DNA of 61,854 nucleotides from a virus (taxonomy: Duplodnaviria; Caudoviricetes). This document shows, in pieces, positions 18,339-28,414 of the stretch. Both the position numbers and the translations under genes were made by a program. Each line of letters starts with the position of its first letter. Within the stretch, counting starts at the first letter, position 1. Location: positions 1 to 61,854 of IMG/VR virus record IMGVR_UViG_3300031277_000002. One strand, written 5' to 3'. The notes below the pieces were generated by a model. It did no database searches. It worked only from the letters and a program-made list of their open reading frames with translations, and was not told the DNA's origin.

Positions 18339-18939
18339 AAATATTTGTGTTTATAATATGTATCCTGCAATTTTAGGGATAAGAAACGCTTTGAAAAGTA
18401 AAGATAAAAGTGATAGTATTAGAATGATTGATTCTAATTATGTTAATTGTGTATCTTATAATCATTGTATAATTGGTTCGGAAGATGAAAAACTAATAAA
18501 AAAATTATTAAAAGGGAAGATTGCTCATCAAGAACGAAAGTTTATGAGACAAATTTTAATATCAATGGATATTAAAGGGCCTTTATATTGGTGGAAACAT
18601 TTTGATACTTATAAGGTAGGTATAGTTGCAAATAGTGAAAGCACAATGCATACTTTATTAAAAAGAACTTTATGTAAAAATGATTTTGTAGAAGGGGTTG
18701 ATTTCCAGAATATAATACGTGTTAATAAATATATAATAAATAAAGATTTTATAAACGCAAATAGAAATTTGCCTCATTCTTATTTACAAGAAAGACATAT
18801 AACTTGTAATTATGAAAATATTTTAAATATATATACAAGTAGAAAATATCATAAATTAGAAGAATGGAAAGAGTTTTGTCGTGTGATTAGAAGCCTTCCT
18901 TATTTTGGTTTATTAATAGAAAAAGAGGTAGATAAGTGA
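18322..18939 (+). CDS. ThyX-like (flavin-dependent thymidylate synthase-related) phage protein
   Basis: RKFMRQI, PLYWWKHFDTYKVG..NSESTMH, LP.SYLQ.R, R..HKL.EW. Confidence 0.6.
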   Translation: MLMIIKNICVYNMYPAILGIRNALKSKDKSDSIRMIDSNYVNCVSYNHCIIGSEDEKLIKKLLKGKIAHQERKFMRQILISMDIKGPLYWWKHFDTYKVGIVANSESTMHTLLKRTLCKNDFVEGVDFQNIIRVNKYIINKDFINANRNLPHSYLQERHITCNYENILNIYTSRKYHKLEEWKEFCRVIRSLPYFGLLIEKEVDK

Positions 18940-19481
18940 AAGAAATATGGAAAGATATTCCTGGATATGAAGGATGTTATCAAGCAAGTAATTTGGGAAA
19001 TATTAAATCATTAAATTATAATAAAACTAAATTTTCAAAAAATTTAGTTTTAAATAAACAACATGATGGGTATGTAAGAGTAACATTAAATAATAAATCT
19101 TATCCTGTTCATAGATTAATAGGAATTACTTTTATACCTAATATTTTTAATTATCACGAGATTAATCATATAAATGGCATAAAAAATGATAATAAAGTTG
19201 TAAATTTAGAATGGTGTACTAGAAGTATGAATACAATTCATGCTATAAAAACAGGTTTACAAAGACCTATAAAATATACCGATTCTATACGAAAAAAGTT
19301 ATCTATAGGTAAAATAGGATCTAAAAATCCAGCATCAAAATTAAAAAAAGAAGATATTATATTTATATTAAAAAATAAAAAAAATTATACTGCCAAAGAA
19401 ATTGCTAAAATGTTTAATATTTCTTCATATTATGTATATGATTTGTGGAGAAAAAAAAGAAAAACTTGGAAACATATTTAG
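18936..19481 (+). CDS. Free-standing NUMOD4-HNH homing endonuclease
   Basis: EIWKDIPGYEG.YQASNLG, VHRL, INHINGIKNDN..NLEW, C-terminal HTH. Confidence 0.9.
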   Translation: MKEIWKDIPGYEGCYQASNLGNIKSLNYNKTKFSKNLVLNKQHDGYVRVTLNNKSYPVHRLIGITFIPNIFNYHEINHINGIKNDNKVVNLEWCTRSMNTIHAIKTGLQRPIKYTDSIRKKLSIGKIGSKNPASKLKKEDIIFILKNKKNYTAKEIAKMFNISSYYVYDLWRKKRKTWKHI

Positions 19482-19524
19482 AAACATTACCTTATTTTGA
19501 TCTTTTGATCAAAGGAGAATAGTA

Positions 19525-19896
19525 GTGATAACTTTACAAGAATTTTATAGTAATGCTTGGAAATGGAAAATAGGACAAAAAGAAACAATTTTTAAAAGAA
19601 CTAATAAGTTAACAATACAAGAATTATATGAGACTCAATGGGATACTTTTTTTGAACAAGCTATGAGAAATAGATTAGTAATGGGTGGATTAAGATATGG
19701 AGATATTAGAGATCAAAATAATTGGGATTATACAGGATATCTTTTATTCAAATTAGGAATGTATAAAAAAACAGGAAATACTGAATTTTTAGTGGATGTA
19801 GCTAATTTAGCTTTGCTGGAGTTTAAAAATGGGAGACACTCAAATAAACATTGGAGTCCAGTAGATACAGATAAACATAACGTTAAGAAAAAATAA
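19525..19896 (+). CDS. Conserved phage protein (helical nucleotide-hydrolase-like)
   Basis: RLVMG..RYG and GNTEFLVDVAN..LLEF motifs. Confidence 0.5.
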   Translation: MITLQEFYSNAWKWKIGQKETIFKRTNKLTIQELYETQWDTFFEQAMRNRLVMGGLRYGDIRDQNNWDYTGYLLFKLGMYKKTGNTEFLVDVANLALLEFKNGRHSNKHWSPVDTDKHNVKKK

Positions 19897-20398
19897 AATA
19901 AACATTTTTTATATATTAAATTACACCTATAACTTTTAATGGAAATAACGAAAATAAAAAGATGTCAATTTATGAACAAAAATTATTTGATTTGGTTGAA
20001 AAGGCTATTTCTCCGGATCCTTCTTTGGTTATGAATCCAGGTCATATTAATCAAGAAATAAATAATCAAAATAAAGAAGTTTTAAAAAATAATAGTTTTC
20101 CAAAACAAAATTTAAATGGGAATTAGGTTAATTATGATAATATTTTAGATGGTCTCACTGAGGGGGGGGTTAAAAGAATGAGTATTTTAAAAAATTTTGT
20201 TGCGATTGAATGGGTTACACTATGTTAATTGGAGAAACTTTTAAATGTAAAGACGGTTGTATTTATACTAAAGTTAACAACTTGGAACGTTAGAAAAGCT
20301 GGGGAAACTTCCCTGGAGAATAAGGTTATATTTAGAAATAAGAAATGGAATTTTAAAACCATTATCTTTGAAAGAATTAAGAAGTTATAGGGAAAAAT

Positions 20399-21682
20399 AT
20401 GCAAAAGATAATTGAAATAATAAATGAATTAAATAAAACCACTAGCTCAAACAGAAAAAAAGAAATATTAAAAGAAAATAAAAACAATGAAGAGTTTAAA
20501 AAAATTCTTTATTGGACATATAATCCTTTTATAAAGTTTTTTGTATCATCTAAAAATTTAATAAAAAATAAAGATTTAAACAATGTTTTTGAAATATATA
20601 ATGTTTCTTTGGATGAACTATTAACAAAAATGTCTAATAGGGAAATAACCGGGCATGAAGCTATAAAAAAATGTTTATGTTTTTTGAATAATAAAAGTAA
20701 AGAATATAAAGAATTGTTTTATAAAATTATAGATAAAAATTTAAAATGCAGAATTGATTCAAAATTAATAAATAAAGTAATTCCTGGGTTTATTCCTGAG
20801 TTTTCAGTTGCTTTGGCCATATCTTTAGAGAAATACAATAAATTTCAAATAAGTGAAAAATATTATGTATCGAGAAAAATGGATGGCCTAAGGTGCGTAT
20901 CGATTATAGATGAGGATGGAAATGTTGATTTGTATTCAAGAACTGGTCAAAAATTTAACACGATGGATGTTTTAAAAAAAGAAATAGAAAAATTAAATTT
21001 AAAAAACATTGTTTTAGATGGAGAATGCTGCTTAGTTGATGAAAAAGGAAAAGAAGATTTTTCTGGAATGATGAGGGTGTGGAACAGAAAAAACTATATC
21101 ATAAAAAATCCAAAATATTTAATTTTTGATTACTTATCTTTAGATGATTTTAACAACAAAAAATCAAAAGAAATATTCTCAGAAAGAATAGAAAAATTAA
21201 ACAAAATAGATTTAAAATCAAATAATTTAAAAGTTATTAAACAAATTTTTTTGAAAGATGAAAAACATCTTTATGTATTAAAAGAGCAGGCAAGAAAAAG
21301 AAAGTGGGAAGGTCTCATATTAAGAAAAGATACAATTTATAAAGGCAAAAGGTCAAATGATATATTAAAACATAAATTATTTAAAGACGGCGAATTTAAA
21401 GTATTAGATATTAAAACTGGAAACATAAGACATATTGTTAGTGGAAAAGACACAGAAGAAAAAATGGTATCTGATTTAATTATAAATTATAATGGAGAAG
21501 AAGTAAAAGTTGGTTCCGGATTATCTATGGAACAAAGGGTTGATTGGTTTTTTCATCCAGAAAAAATTATAAACAAAATTATAACTGTAAAATATTTTGA
21601 AGTAACTGATAACATTAAGGGGACAAGTTCTTTAAGGTTTCCTACATTAAAGGCCGTTCATGGTGAAAAAAGAACTGTTTAA
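20399..21682 (+). CDS. lig: ATP-dependent DNA ligase
   Basis: KMDGLR, LDGE, FD, EGLILR, VGSG, SLRFP motifs. Confidence 0.93.
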   Translation: MQKIIEIINELNKTTSSNRKKEILKENKNNEEFKKILYWTYNPFIKFFVSSKNLIKNKDLNNVFEIYNVSLDELLTKMSNREITGHEAIKKCLCFLNNKSKEYKELFYKIIDKNLKCRIDSKLINKVIPGFIPEFSVALAISLEKYNKFQISEKYYVSRKMDGLRCVSIIDEDGNVDLYSRTGQKFNTMDVLKKEIEKLNLKNIVLDGECCLVDEKGKEDFSGMMRVWNRKNYIIKNPKYLIFDYLSLDDFNNKKSKEIFSERIEKLNKIDLKSNNLKVIKQIFLKDEKHLYVLKEQARKRKWEGLILRKDTIYKGKRSNDILKHKLFKDGEFKVLDIKTGNIRHIVSGKDTEEKMVSDLIINYNGEEVKVGSGLSMEQRVDWFFHPEKIINKIITVKYFEVTDNIKGTSSLRFPTLKAVHGEKRTV

Positions 21683-21705
21683 AAATCAATAAAAAATCGT
21701 ATAAT
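21676..21705 (+). promoter_or_regulatory. Class A promoter
   Basis: TGTTTA-15-TCGTATAAT. Confidence 0.75.
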
Positions 21706-21721
21706 TAATAAAGGATAAAAT

Positions 21722-21922
21722 ATGAGAGAAATAAAAATAGTGTTTGAAAATAATAACCCTTGTTCGTATCAAGAGTGTGAAAATAGCTTATCTAATCCGT
21801 GTCCATGTTGTAAAAGATACGCATCAAAAGGAAGAGTTATTTTAAATTTGTTTGAATATGCAAATGATTTATTATATTTTACTAAAAAATGGAGAAAAAA
21901 CTATGACAAGAGTAATTCTTGA
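21722..21922 (+). CDS. Small Cys-rich hypothetical protein
   Basis: PC...C...PCPCCKR; AAGGA RBS. Confidence 0.55.
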   Translation: MREIKIVFENNNPCSYQECENSLSNPCPCCKRYASKGRVILNLFEYANDLLYFTKKWRKNYDKSNS

Positions 21923-22232
21923 ATCACCTTATGCTGGAGATATAGAAAGAAATATCAAATATGCAAGGATGTGCGTTAGGGATTCTTTAATGCGTGGAGA
22001 GTCGCCAATAGCTTCTCATTTATTGTATACACAGGAAGGTATTTTAAATGATGATTTTCCGGAAGAAAGACAAATTGGGATAGATGCAGGTTTAGCGTGG
22101 AAAGGTGTAGCTGAAAAACATATTTTTTATATCGATTATGGTATGAGTTCTGGAATGAAATATGGATTACATTATGCTACTAAAAACAAAATTTCTGTTG
22201 AATATAGGAGAATTTTACAATTAAAGAGATAA
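21903..22232 (+). CDS. Conserved phage protein (ESPYAGD family)
   Basis: VILESPYAGD, GESPIASHLLY, G.SSGM; ATG at 21903 after GGAG. Confidence 0.65.
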   Translation: MTRVILESPYAGDIERNIKYARMCVRDSLMRGESPIASHLLYTQEGILNDDFPEERQIGIDAGLAWKGVAEKHIFYIDYGMSSGMKYGLHYATKNKISVEYRRILQLKR

Positions 22233-22234
22233 AA

Positions 22235-23065
22235 ATGAAAAAAGAATTGTCGATTTATTTTAAAGAAATAAATAAAAACAAAACATTAACCAATAATGAA
22301 ATAAAAAATCTTTTCATAAAATTAGAAAAAGAAAAAAATGAAAATAAAATATTAAATATAAAAAATAAAATAATAAAATCTAATTTAAAGTTAGTTGTTT
22401 TTTTTGCAAAAGCTTATAAATCAAAAAGGGTAGATTTTTTTGATTTAATTCAAGAGGGAAATCTTGGATTAATTCATGCTGTAGATAAATTTGATTATAG
22501 AAAAAATATAAAATTTTCAACGTATTGTTTTTATTGGATAAGACAAAAAATTTTAAGATATATAAAAAAAGATTTAAATGTAATTAAAATTCCTATTTGG
22601 GTTATTGAAAAAATTGACACAATTATAAAAAAAGAAAAAGAATTTTTTGATATATTTGGCAGGGAGCCAAGTATTAATGAATTATCTGATTTTTCTAATT
22701 TAGATGAGGGTTTAATAGTAAAAACAAAAGACACAATAAAAGGAAAAAGAGAAATTTCAAGTTTAGATTATTCAGAAAAAGATTGCGGCAGAGCTGTTAT
22801 AGAAACAATTATTGATGAAAAAGAGACTGTTTATGACGTTTTAGAAAAAAAAGAGTTGGGTGATATTTTAAAAAAATCAATAAATGAATTACCAAAAAGA
22901 GAAAAAAGAATTATTCAGTTAAGGTATAATAAGCTAAATGAAAAAATAAATTTCGGTGAAATAGGAGAAATTTTAGGTTTATCTTATGAAAGAATAAGAC
23001 AAATCGAAAGTAAGGCTTTAAATATATTAAAAAACAAAAAAAGAATAAAAGAATTTTGGAGTTAA
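22235..23065 (+). CDS. Sigma70-family RNA polymerase sigma factor (RpoD/RpoS-like)
   Basis: NLKLVV..AK, DLIQEGNLGL..AVDKFD, KFSTY..YWIRQ, ERIRQIE.KAL. Confidence 0.92.
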   Translation: MKKELSIYFKEINKNKTLTNNEIKNLFIKLEKEKNENKILNIKNKIIKSNLKLVVFFAKAYKSKRVDFFDLIQEGNLGLIHAVDKFDYRKNIKFSTYCFYWIRQKILRYIKKDLNVIKIPIWVIEKIDTIIKKEKEFFDIFGREPSINELSDFSNLDEGLIVKTKDTIKGKREISSLDYSEKDCGRAVIETIIDEKETVYDVLEKKELGDILKKSINELPKREKRIIQLRYNKLNEKINFGEIGEILGLSYERIRQIESKALNILKNKKRIKEFWS

Positions 23066-23275
23066 AATGAAAGTATTGTTTAAAATTTTACAGACAATAG
23101 GAGCTATTTTTTTAGCAGTAGTAATTTCAGTTATTTTACAAATAGTTGGATTTAAATTTATGTGGGAGCAGGTTATTGTGATATTCCTTCTATTCATGTT
23201 TATTTATAGAAGTGACACAAAATAATAGAAAAAGTTGTATCATAGTTAAAAAAATTTATTAAGGAATAAATTATT

Positions 23276-24440
23276 ATGAGTTTTATAACAAAGTATGCAA
23301 AAGAAGATGAAGATAATTTTAATTCTCATATATCTGAAGAAATAAAAGATAAAATAAACAAAAAACAAGTAATTTCTTTAGAAGAATATAAAGAAATGAG
23401 AATTAACGGTTATGAGCAAAAAAGAATTTTACCTTTATTATCAGATGATGCATTTATATGGCATATTAAAAATGCGATAAAAAATAGAGGATATAATGTA
23501 AGTAGTTTACAACTACCAGATCATTATGACCATTATTTATCTACTGATGGTATTGATGAACTATTGAAAAGATTTGTGTTTGCAACTGGAGGGAAATAAA
23601 AATGGATAAAGAAAAACCAACCTATAAACAAATTAAATTTTTAATGGCTATTGAAAAAGAATTAGATATAAGGTGTGAAGGAACAACAAAAGAAGAAGTA
23701 AGTAAATTTATATCTAAGCATATAGATGAATTCAATCACAGTAAAGCTGACCATAAAGAAGAATATAATTATTGGAGAGATAAATGAAAATGGGAACAAT
23801 TACAAAAATTAATACAAAAAAAGAATTTATTGAAAGTGTATATTCTATGGAAAATCCAATTTTAATACGTGGTTCTTGTGATACAGGCTTATTAGGTTCT
23901 TGGTATATGGTGAAAGATGAGAAAAAAAAATGTTCAGTGATATTACCTGGAACAAAATTATCAAACAAAGAATATCAATTAGGACAAACTGAAAAATTTT
24001 TTGAACGAGAAATAAAATTATGTATAAAATATAAAAATTGGATGTATGAAGTTTTTGGAGATCATTATAGGGTAGAATATAGAGAGTAAATTAAAAGGAA
24101 TGAGGAAAAAATGAAAACATATATTTCAAATAGCATGATAAAAGATTTAGAAAAATGTATAAGTATTAAAAAAACAAAAAATAGATTCGGATTTCAATCA
24201 AGATCATATTTTATAGATAAAGAAAAATTAGAAAAATTAGATTGGTGTGGTTTAGACTTTGAAAAAACATATTTAGAAAATTACAAGAATAACTTAGCCG
24301 AAAAATTTTTTGATTCAATAATACAATTATTTCAGGGAAACGATAAATTATGTGAGTTATTAAATATCAATTGGGGGAATAGTATAACAGACGGTATAAT
24401 TAAATATTTTAAAAAAATAACAAAGGAGTCAAATAAATGA
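23276..24440 (+). CDS. Cluster of four small hypothetical proteins (23276-23599, 23602-23787, 23784-24089, 24111-24440)
   Basis: Tightly packed co-directional ORFs with RBSs. Confidence 0.6.
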
Positions 24441-24658
24441 AATTGACTGAATGTGAATATTGGGAACCAAGACAAAAAGAAAATTTGGAAATGGAGTAGA
24501 ATAAAAATAAATAGTGAACTATTAGAATGAATTTAATAAAAAATTAAAATAAGTATTGAGGTATAGAAAATTAAAGTATGGACAATTGACCAAGTTTTTA
24601 AGATTTTATTAAATTTGTCAGTGTAAAAACTTATATAAAACAATAAAGGAGTATATTT

Positions 24659-24910
24659 GTGTTTAGAATTAGAATTACAGATAAAACAGAAGATCAAGAA
24701 ATTATTAAAATGACTGACATTCCTTATAATTCAGTGGCTATAGTTGTAAATAACGAAGATGGTTTTAACGGCCATTATGTAGTTAAGATAAGTAGTAATT
24801 GTTATTTGGATTTAACTGATGGTAATTGTTTGGATCATGCGATTTATGTTTTAGTTAAGCTTTTACCTCCATGTGAAAAAGTAACTGTAGAATTTTTTAA
24901 TGAGGAATGA
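24659..24910 (+). CDS. Hypothetical protein; intact paralogue of the remnant at 1288-1422
   Basis: AAGGAG RBS; shared C terminus. Confidence 0.65.
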   Translation: MFRIRITDKTEDQEIIKMTDIPYNSVAIVVNNEDGFNGHYVVKISSNCYLDLTDGNCLDHAIYVLVKLLPPCEKVTVEFFNEE

Positions 24911-24968
24911 AGGCAATGGAACAAACAATAAAAAATAGTTTATAATCATAATAGATAAGGAACAAAAA

Positions 24969-25163
24969 ATGAAAGTAACGTATTTTGAACCAAACCATTT
25001 ATTGAGAAATTATTATAAACAGAAAATAAATAAACTTATAGATTTTTATTACAAAACATATAAAACTAAAGTAAAGATATTATCTGTAGATGAAATTGGA
25101 AATGTAACTTATATAATAAATAACAAAGACATTCCTAACATAAAACAAGGAAAATTAAAATGA
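24969..25163 (+). CDS. Hypothetical protein
   Basis: AAGGA RBS. Confidence 0.5.
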   Translation: MKVTYFEPNHLLRNYYKQKINKLIDFYYKTYKTKVKILSVDEIGNVTYIINNKDIPNIKQGKLK

Positions 25164-25903
25164 AGCTTGACAAAGAGGGAAAAAAGAGAGCTCTGAAGGC
25201 TGCCAGGGAAGAAAAAAAAGAGCTACAAAGTATAGTATCTAAAGAAATGCTTTTTGATAAACTAATAAAAAAACAAAGAAAAAATTCAGTGTTGGTCGCT
25301 AATCAATCAATAGAAGGTTGGAAAAAATTATTAATCAAAAACAATGGGACTGCGGTTATAAGGTGTCAAGCAAAAATTAAGAAAAATGGAAAAGTCCTTC
25401 AGTGTGGAAGGTTCGCGATGTCTGGGCAAATTGCGTGTAAAACTCATACAGGTGGAGAAAAAATTGCCAAAAAAGAAATAAGAAAAATAAAAGAAAGCCT
25501 GGGTATATATTCAGGTGCTGGTATACAAACATTACAGAAAGAATTAAAAGAGATAGAAAATTTAGAACCGGAACAATTCCAGGATACAACAGAGGAGCTG
25601 AAACTTGGAATAGCTTTACTCAGGAATTATTTAAAAATGAATGATGATGAAAAAGTGGCAAAGGCCCCCGGTACTCTTATGTTTTTAATTGGAGAAATAG
25701 CAAGGTTGAAAAAAGAACATTGGGAAATTAAACACGCAAAAAACGTATCATTTACGAAAGAACAGGTTATGTTTTTGTTTAATCAATTTTACCTCATCTT
25801 AGTAAAGCTGGTAAAAGATATGGATTTGTTGAAAGATATTTCATTAGAAATGGATAAGGTTGCAAGGCTTGTGGGAAAAGAAGGATTCAAAGAAATAAGT
25901 TAG
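25160..25903 (+). CDS. Possible terminase small subunit (HGG-type Zn motif)
   Basis: RCQAK...QC...ACKTHTGG followed by a helical region. Confidence 0.45.
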   Translation: MKLDKEGKKRALKAAREEKKELQSIVSKEMLFDKLIKKQRKNSVLVANQSIEGWKKLLIKNNGTAVIRCQAKIKKNGKVLQCGRFAMSGQIACKTHTGGEKIAKKEIRKIKESLGIYSGAGIQTLQKELKEIENLEPEQFQDTTEELKLGIALLRNYLKMNDDEKVAKAPGTLMFLIGEIARLKKEHWEIKHAKNVSFTKEQVMFLFNQFYLILVKLVKDMDLLKDISLEMDKVARLVGKEGFKEIS

Positions 25904-25933
25904 TGTTTATTTATTTAGAAAATGTCGTATAAT
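25904..25933 (+). promoter_or_regulatory. Class A promoter
   Basis: TGTTTA-15-TCGTATAAT. Confidence 0.75.
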
Positions 25934-25960
25934 TAATAAACAAAACACGGGAGTAAAACA

Positions 25961-26212
25961 ATGATTATATTTAAAAATAATGGAAATGATTTTTCTGCTT
26001 ATAATGAAGCTATTAAATGGTGTGACGAAAATGGATATTCTTACGGCAGTATGTGCGGAGATTTTCCAATTGGTATAATAAAAGGAGATTATTATATAGG
26101 AAAGTGGAGAAATTTAAACAATAAAGCAAAAAAACGACTAGATGGAGAAATGAAATCAAAAGATTTCAGAAAAGGTGATGTTTATATTGGTTTAAGAATT
26201 AAGAGAATTTAA
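25961..26212 (+). CDS. Conserved small phage protein
   Basis: GYSYGSMC...PIG...IGKWRNL; GGGAG RBS. Confidence 0.65.
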   Translation: MIIFKNNGNDFSAYNEAIKWCDENGYSYGSMCGDFPIGIIKGDYYIGKWRNLNNKAKKRLDGEMKSKDFRKGDVYIGLRIKRI

Positions 26213-26230
26213 AAATAAAAAGGATAAAAT

Positions 26231-26515
26231 ATGTCAAATTTAAAAATTGACAAAGAAACAGACAAGCTGTTAGATATTTTAGCTAAAGAATTAAAATTTA
26301 CAAAAAAGAATATAATTTTAAACGCTCTTGTTGTTTTTGCCACTATTTATAGCGAAAATAAAAAAGGGAATAATGTTTTGTTTGAAAAAGATAAAATAAT
26401 TAATGTATTTGATAATTTTGGAAACTTAGGTAAAAGTTTGCTAACAAATAGTGATATTTTAAAAATTTTAAATATTGACAAAAAGGAGATAAAAAATGTT
26501 AAATTTAAAAATTGA
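26231..26515 (+). CDS. Ribbon-helix-helix-like protein, paralogue 1
   Basis: NLKIDKE..KLLD.L pattern, shared with the next ORF. Confidence 0.55.
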   Translation: MSNLKIDKETDKLLDILAKELKFTKKNIILNALVVFATIYSENKKGNNVLFEKDKIINVFDNFGNLGKSLLTNSDILKILNIDKKEIKNVKFKN

Positions 26516-26723
26516 TAAAGAAATAAAAGAATTATTAGATTGTCTTGGTGAAGAGATTGATTTGCCAAGATTAGAAATAACAAAGAATGCAATTAAAATT
26601 TTTGCTTTTCTTTATGGGAAATATAAAGATGGAGAAAAAACTATATTTAGAGATAAAAAAGGAAATGAGGGTATATTAAAATTTGATGACTTTTTATTTA
26701 GGAGCAAAAAATTAAAGAATTAA
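26496..26723 (+). CDS. Ribbon-helix-helix-like protein, paralogue 2
   Basis: MLNLKIDKEIKELLD; tandem paralogue. Confidence 0.55.
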   Translation: MLNLKIDKEIKELLDCLGEEIDLPRLEITKNAIKIFAFLYGKYKDGEKTIFRDKKGNEGILKFDDFLFRSKKLKN

Positions 26724-26869
26724 AAAAAGCACTTGATTCGCATAACGGAATTAATCAAAATTATATAAAAACAACACCGGAATCGTTAGATTTTCTTCCC
26801 CAATCTTTAGAAAATAATTTAGGAAAAATAACTTTTGATTTTGAACAACTTTTAAAAACAAAAGAGATT

Positions 26870-27598
26870 GTGTATAGGGATTTAAAAAATAAAAAAGGAA
26901 GATATGGATATTTTTTGGTATCTAAATCTTTTTTAAAATTAAAACCAGACGTTAGATTTTTGTTAAAGAATATAAAAATTTTAAGAACTTATGAGAATTG
27001 GAATAGGGAAGAGTGGGTTGTATTTTTTAAATTTAGATTATTTTCAAAGTATTATTTAAAATTAAAAAAAGTTTATTTAAGGGATGCTCCAGTGGTTATA
27101 TTTAAATTAGGGAAACAAAAATTAAAAAATTCTGAAAAACAATTATTAAGGAGGTTATAATATGAAAGTATCTTATTTTAAATGTGATAGGTGTGGAAAA
27201 AAAATGAATGAAAGAATATGTACTATAGATATTTTTAATCATTCTGTAAAATCTGATCCTGATGTTGATTTGTGTGAAAGATGTTTGAAACTTTTAAAAA
27301 GGTTTTTTAATAACAAAGATGTAAAAGGGACAGGAAATTAGAAATGAGTAATAATAGATTAACCTACAGACAATTAAGAAGAAGAAAAGAATTTCATAAA
27401 ATAAATGAAATACGCGAGAATTTAGAGTGGGCGGATGTTTTAGAAAATAATCCTGACTGGAAGCCAATTCACCATTGTGACTGTTTTGGTAATTTAATAA
27501 AAATAGAAACTGGGTGGACCAAAAGAACATATTTCCCAGACATTTGGTATTTATTTGAATTATTAGAATGGGCAAGAATGAAAAGATACACATTATAG
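26870..27598 (+). CDS. Small hypothetical proteins (26870-27160, 27344-27598, plus a Zn-finger ORF starting at 27162)
   Basis: Co-directional ORFs with RBSs. Confidence 0.5.
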
Positions 27599-27603
27599 AA
27601 ATT

Positions 27604-27633
27604 TGTTTATAAAACAAAAAAACATCGTATAAT
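27604..27633 (+). promoter_or_regulatory. Class A promoter
   Basis: TGTTTA-15-TCGTATAAT. Confidence 0.75.
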
Positions 27634-27945
27634 TAATAAATATTTAGGAGCGGAATATTGAAAATAAAATATAAAACAGATGGTAGATTGTGTAAAACTT
27701 TTTGCCCAGACAAAAAAAATAAGGCAAAAGTAAGCAGTTTTTCTTGTCATAATTGTGATTATTTTGTATCTGATGATGCAGAAAAGAAAATAGTTGAATG
27801 TAGTTTTAAAGATAATAAATAATGAATAAAAAACAAGACGGGCAAAAGAAAAACAAGCACTAAGAAATGGTTTTGATGTTCCAATGTTTAAGAAAACAGA
27901 CGTTTGGGATTGTAATTAAATATTTAAAAAACAATTAAATAAAAA

Positions 27946-27975
27946 TGTTTAAAATAAATAAAAAAGTCGTATATT
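27946..27975 (+). promoter_or_regulatory. Class A promoter driving the tRNA cluster
   Basis: TGTTTA-15-TCGTATATT, ending 12 nt before the tRNA. Confidence 0.75.
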
Positions 27976-27987
27976 AGTAATAATGGT

Positions 27988-28070
27988 GGTGCAGTCACCT
28001 AGCGGCGAGGGTAGCGGTCTGTAAAACCGTGACGTAAGATACATCGATAGTTCGAGTCTATCCTGCACCA
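27988..28070 (+). tRNA. tRNA-Tyr(GTA)
   Basis: Acceptor GGTGCAG/CTGCACC; anticodon arm GCGGT-CTGTAAA-ACCGT; long variable arm; T arm GATAG-TTCGAGT-CTATC. CCA is not separately encoded. Confidence 0.92.
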
Positions 28071-28090
28071 ATTTTTTATAATTACTATAT

Positions 28091-28189
28091 GGCTTATAGT
28101 GTAAGAGCTGAGTAGCAATCATTCTTATGCGGAGTGACATGCCGTACGGAATAGCCTCTTACAAAATGGAAATGGTATCGCTATAAGTT
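28091..28189 (+). ncRNA. Structured RNA candidate, possibly tRNA-derived
   Basis: Closing stem GGCTTATAGTG/CGCTATAAGTT; inner stem TGTAAGAG/CTCTTACA; no ORF. Confidence 0.45.
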
Positions 28190-28241
28190 TAATATTTTGA
28201 AGTGTCAAAAATATTATCTCTATAGTAATTATTTTATTTAT

Positions 28242-28375
28242 AGTTGCTATGTGGCGGATAGGAAGCGCTAGGGAAAAGGGTTATAGTGAAAATAATATTT
28301 AAGTACCTATAATTTGAGCTCATCCCGACTCGTAACGCATGAGGCAATGTAAGTTCGAATCTTACCATAGCAACT
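28242..28375 (+). ncRNA. tRNA-like RNA with ~50-nt expanded anticodon loop
   Basis: AGTTGCTATG/CATAGCAACT stem; D-like GCG/CGC; GGGA/TCCC enclosing the insert; T arm GTAAG-TTCGAAT-CTTAC. Confidence 0.65.
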
Positions 28376-28414
28376 GTTTTTTATAATTTTTATGTAAATC
28401 GGTGGAGTAAAATA

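Noticed and set aside
18936-19481. Group I intron carrying the HNH gene
   Set aside because: There is no flanking non-coding sequence for an intron core; the HNH overlaps the upstream stop codon and is free-standing.
27949-28140. 63-aa minus-strand ORF
   Set aside because: It is antisense to tRNA-Tyr.
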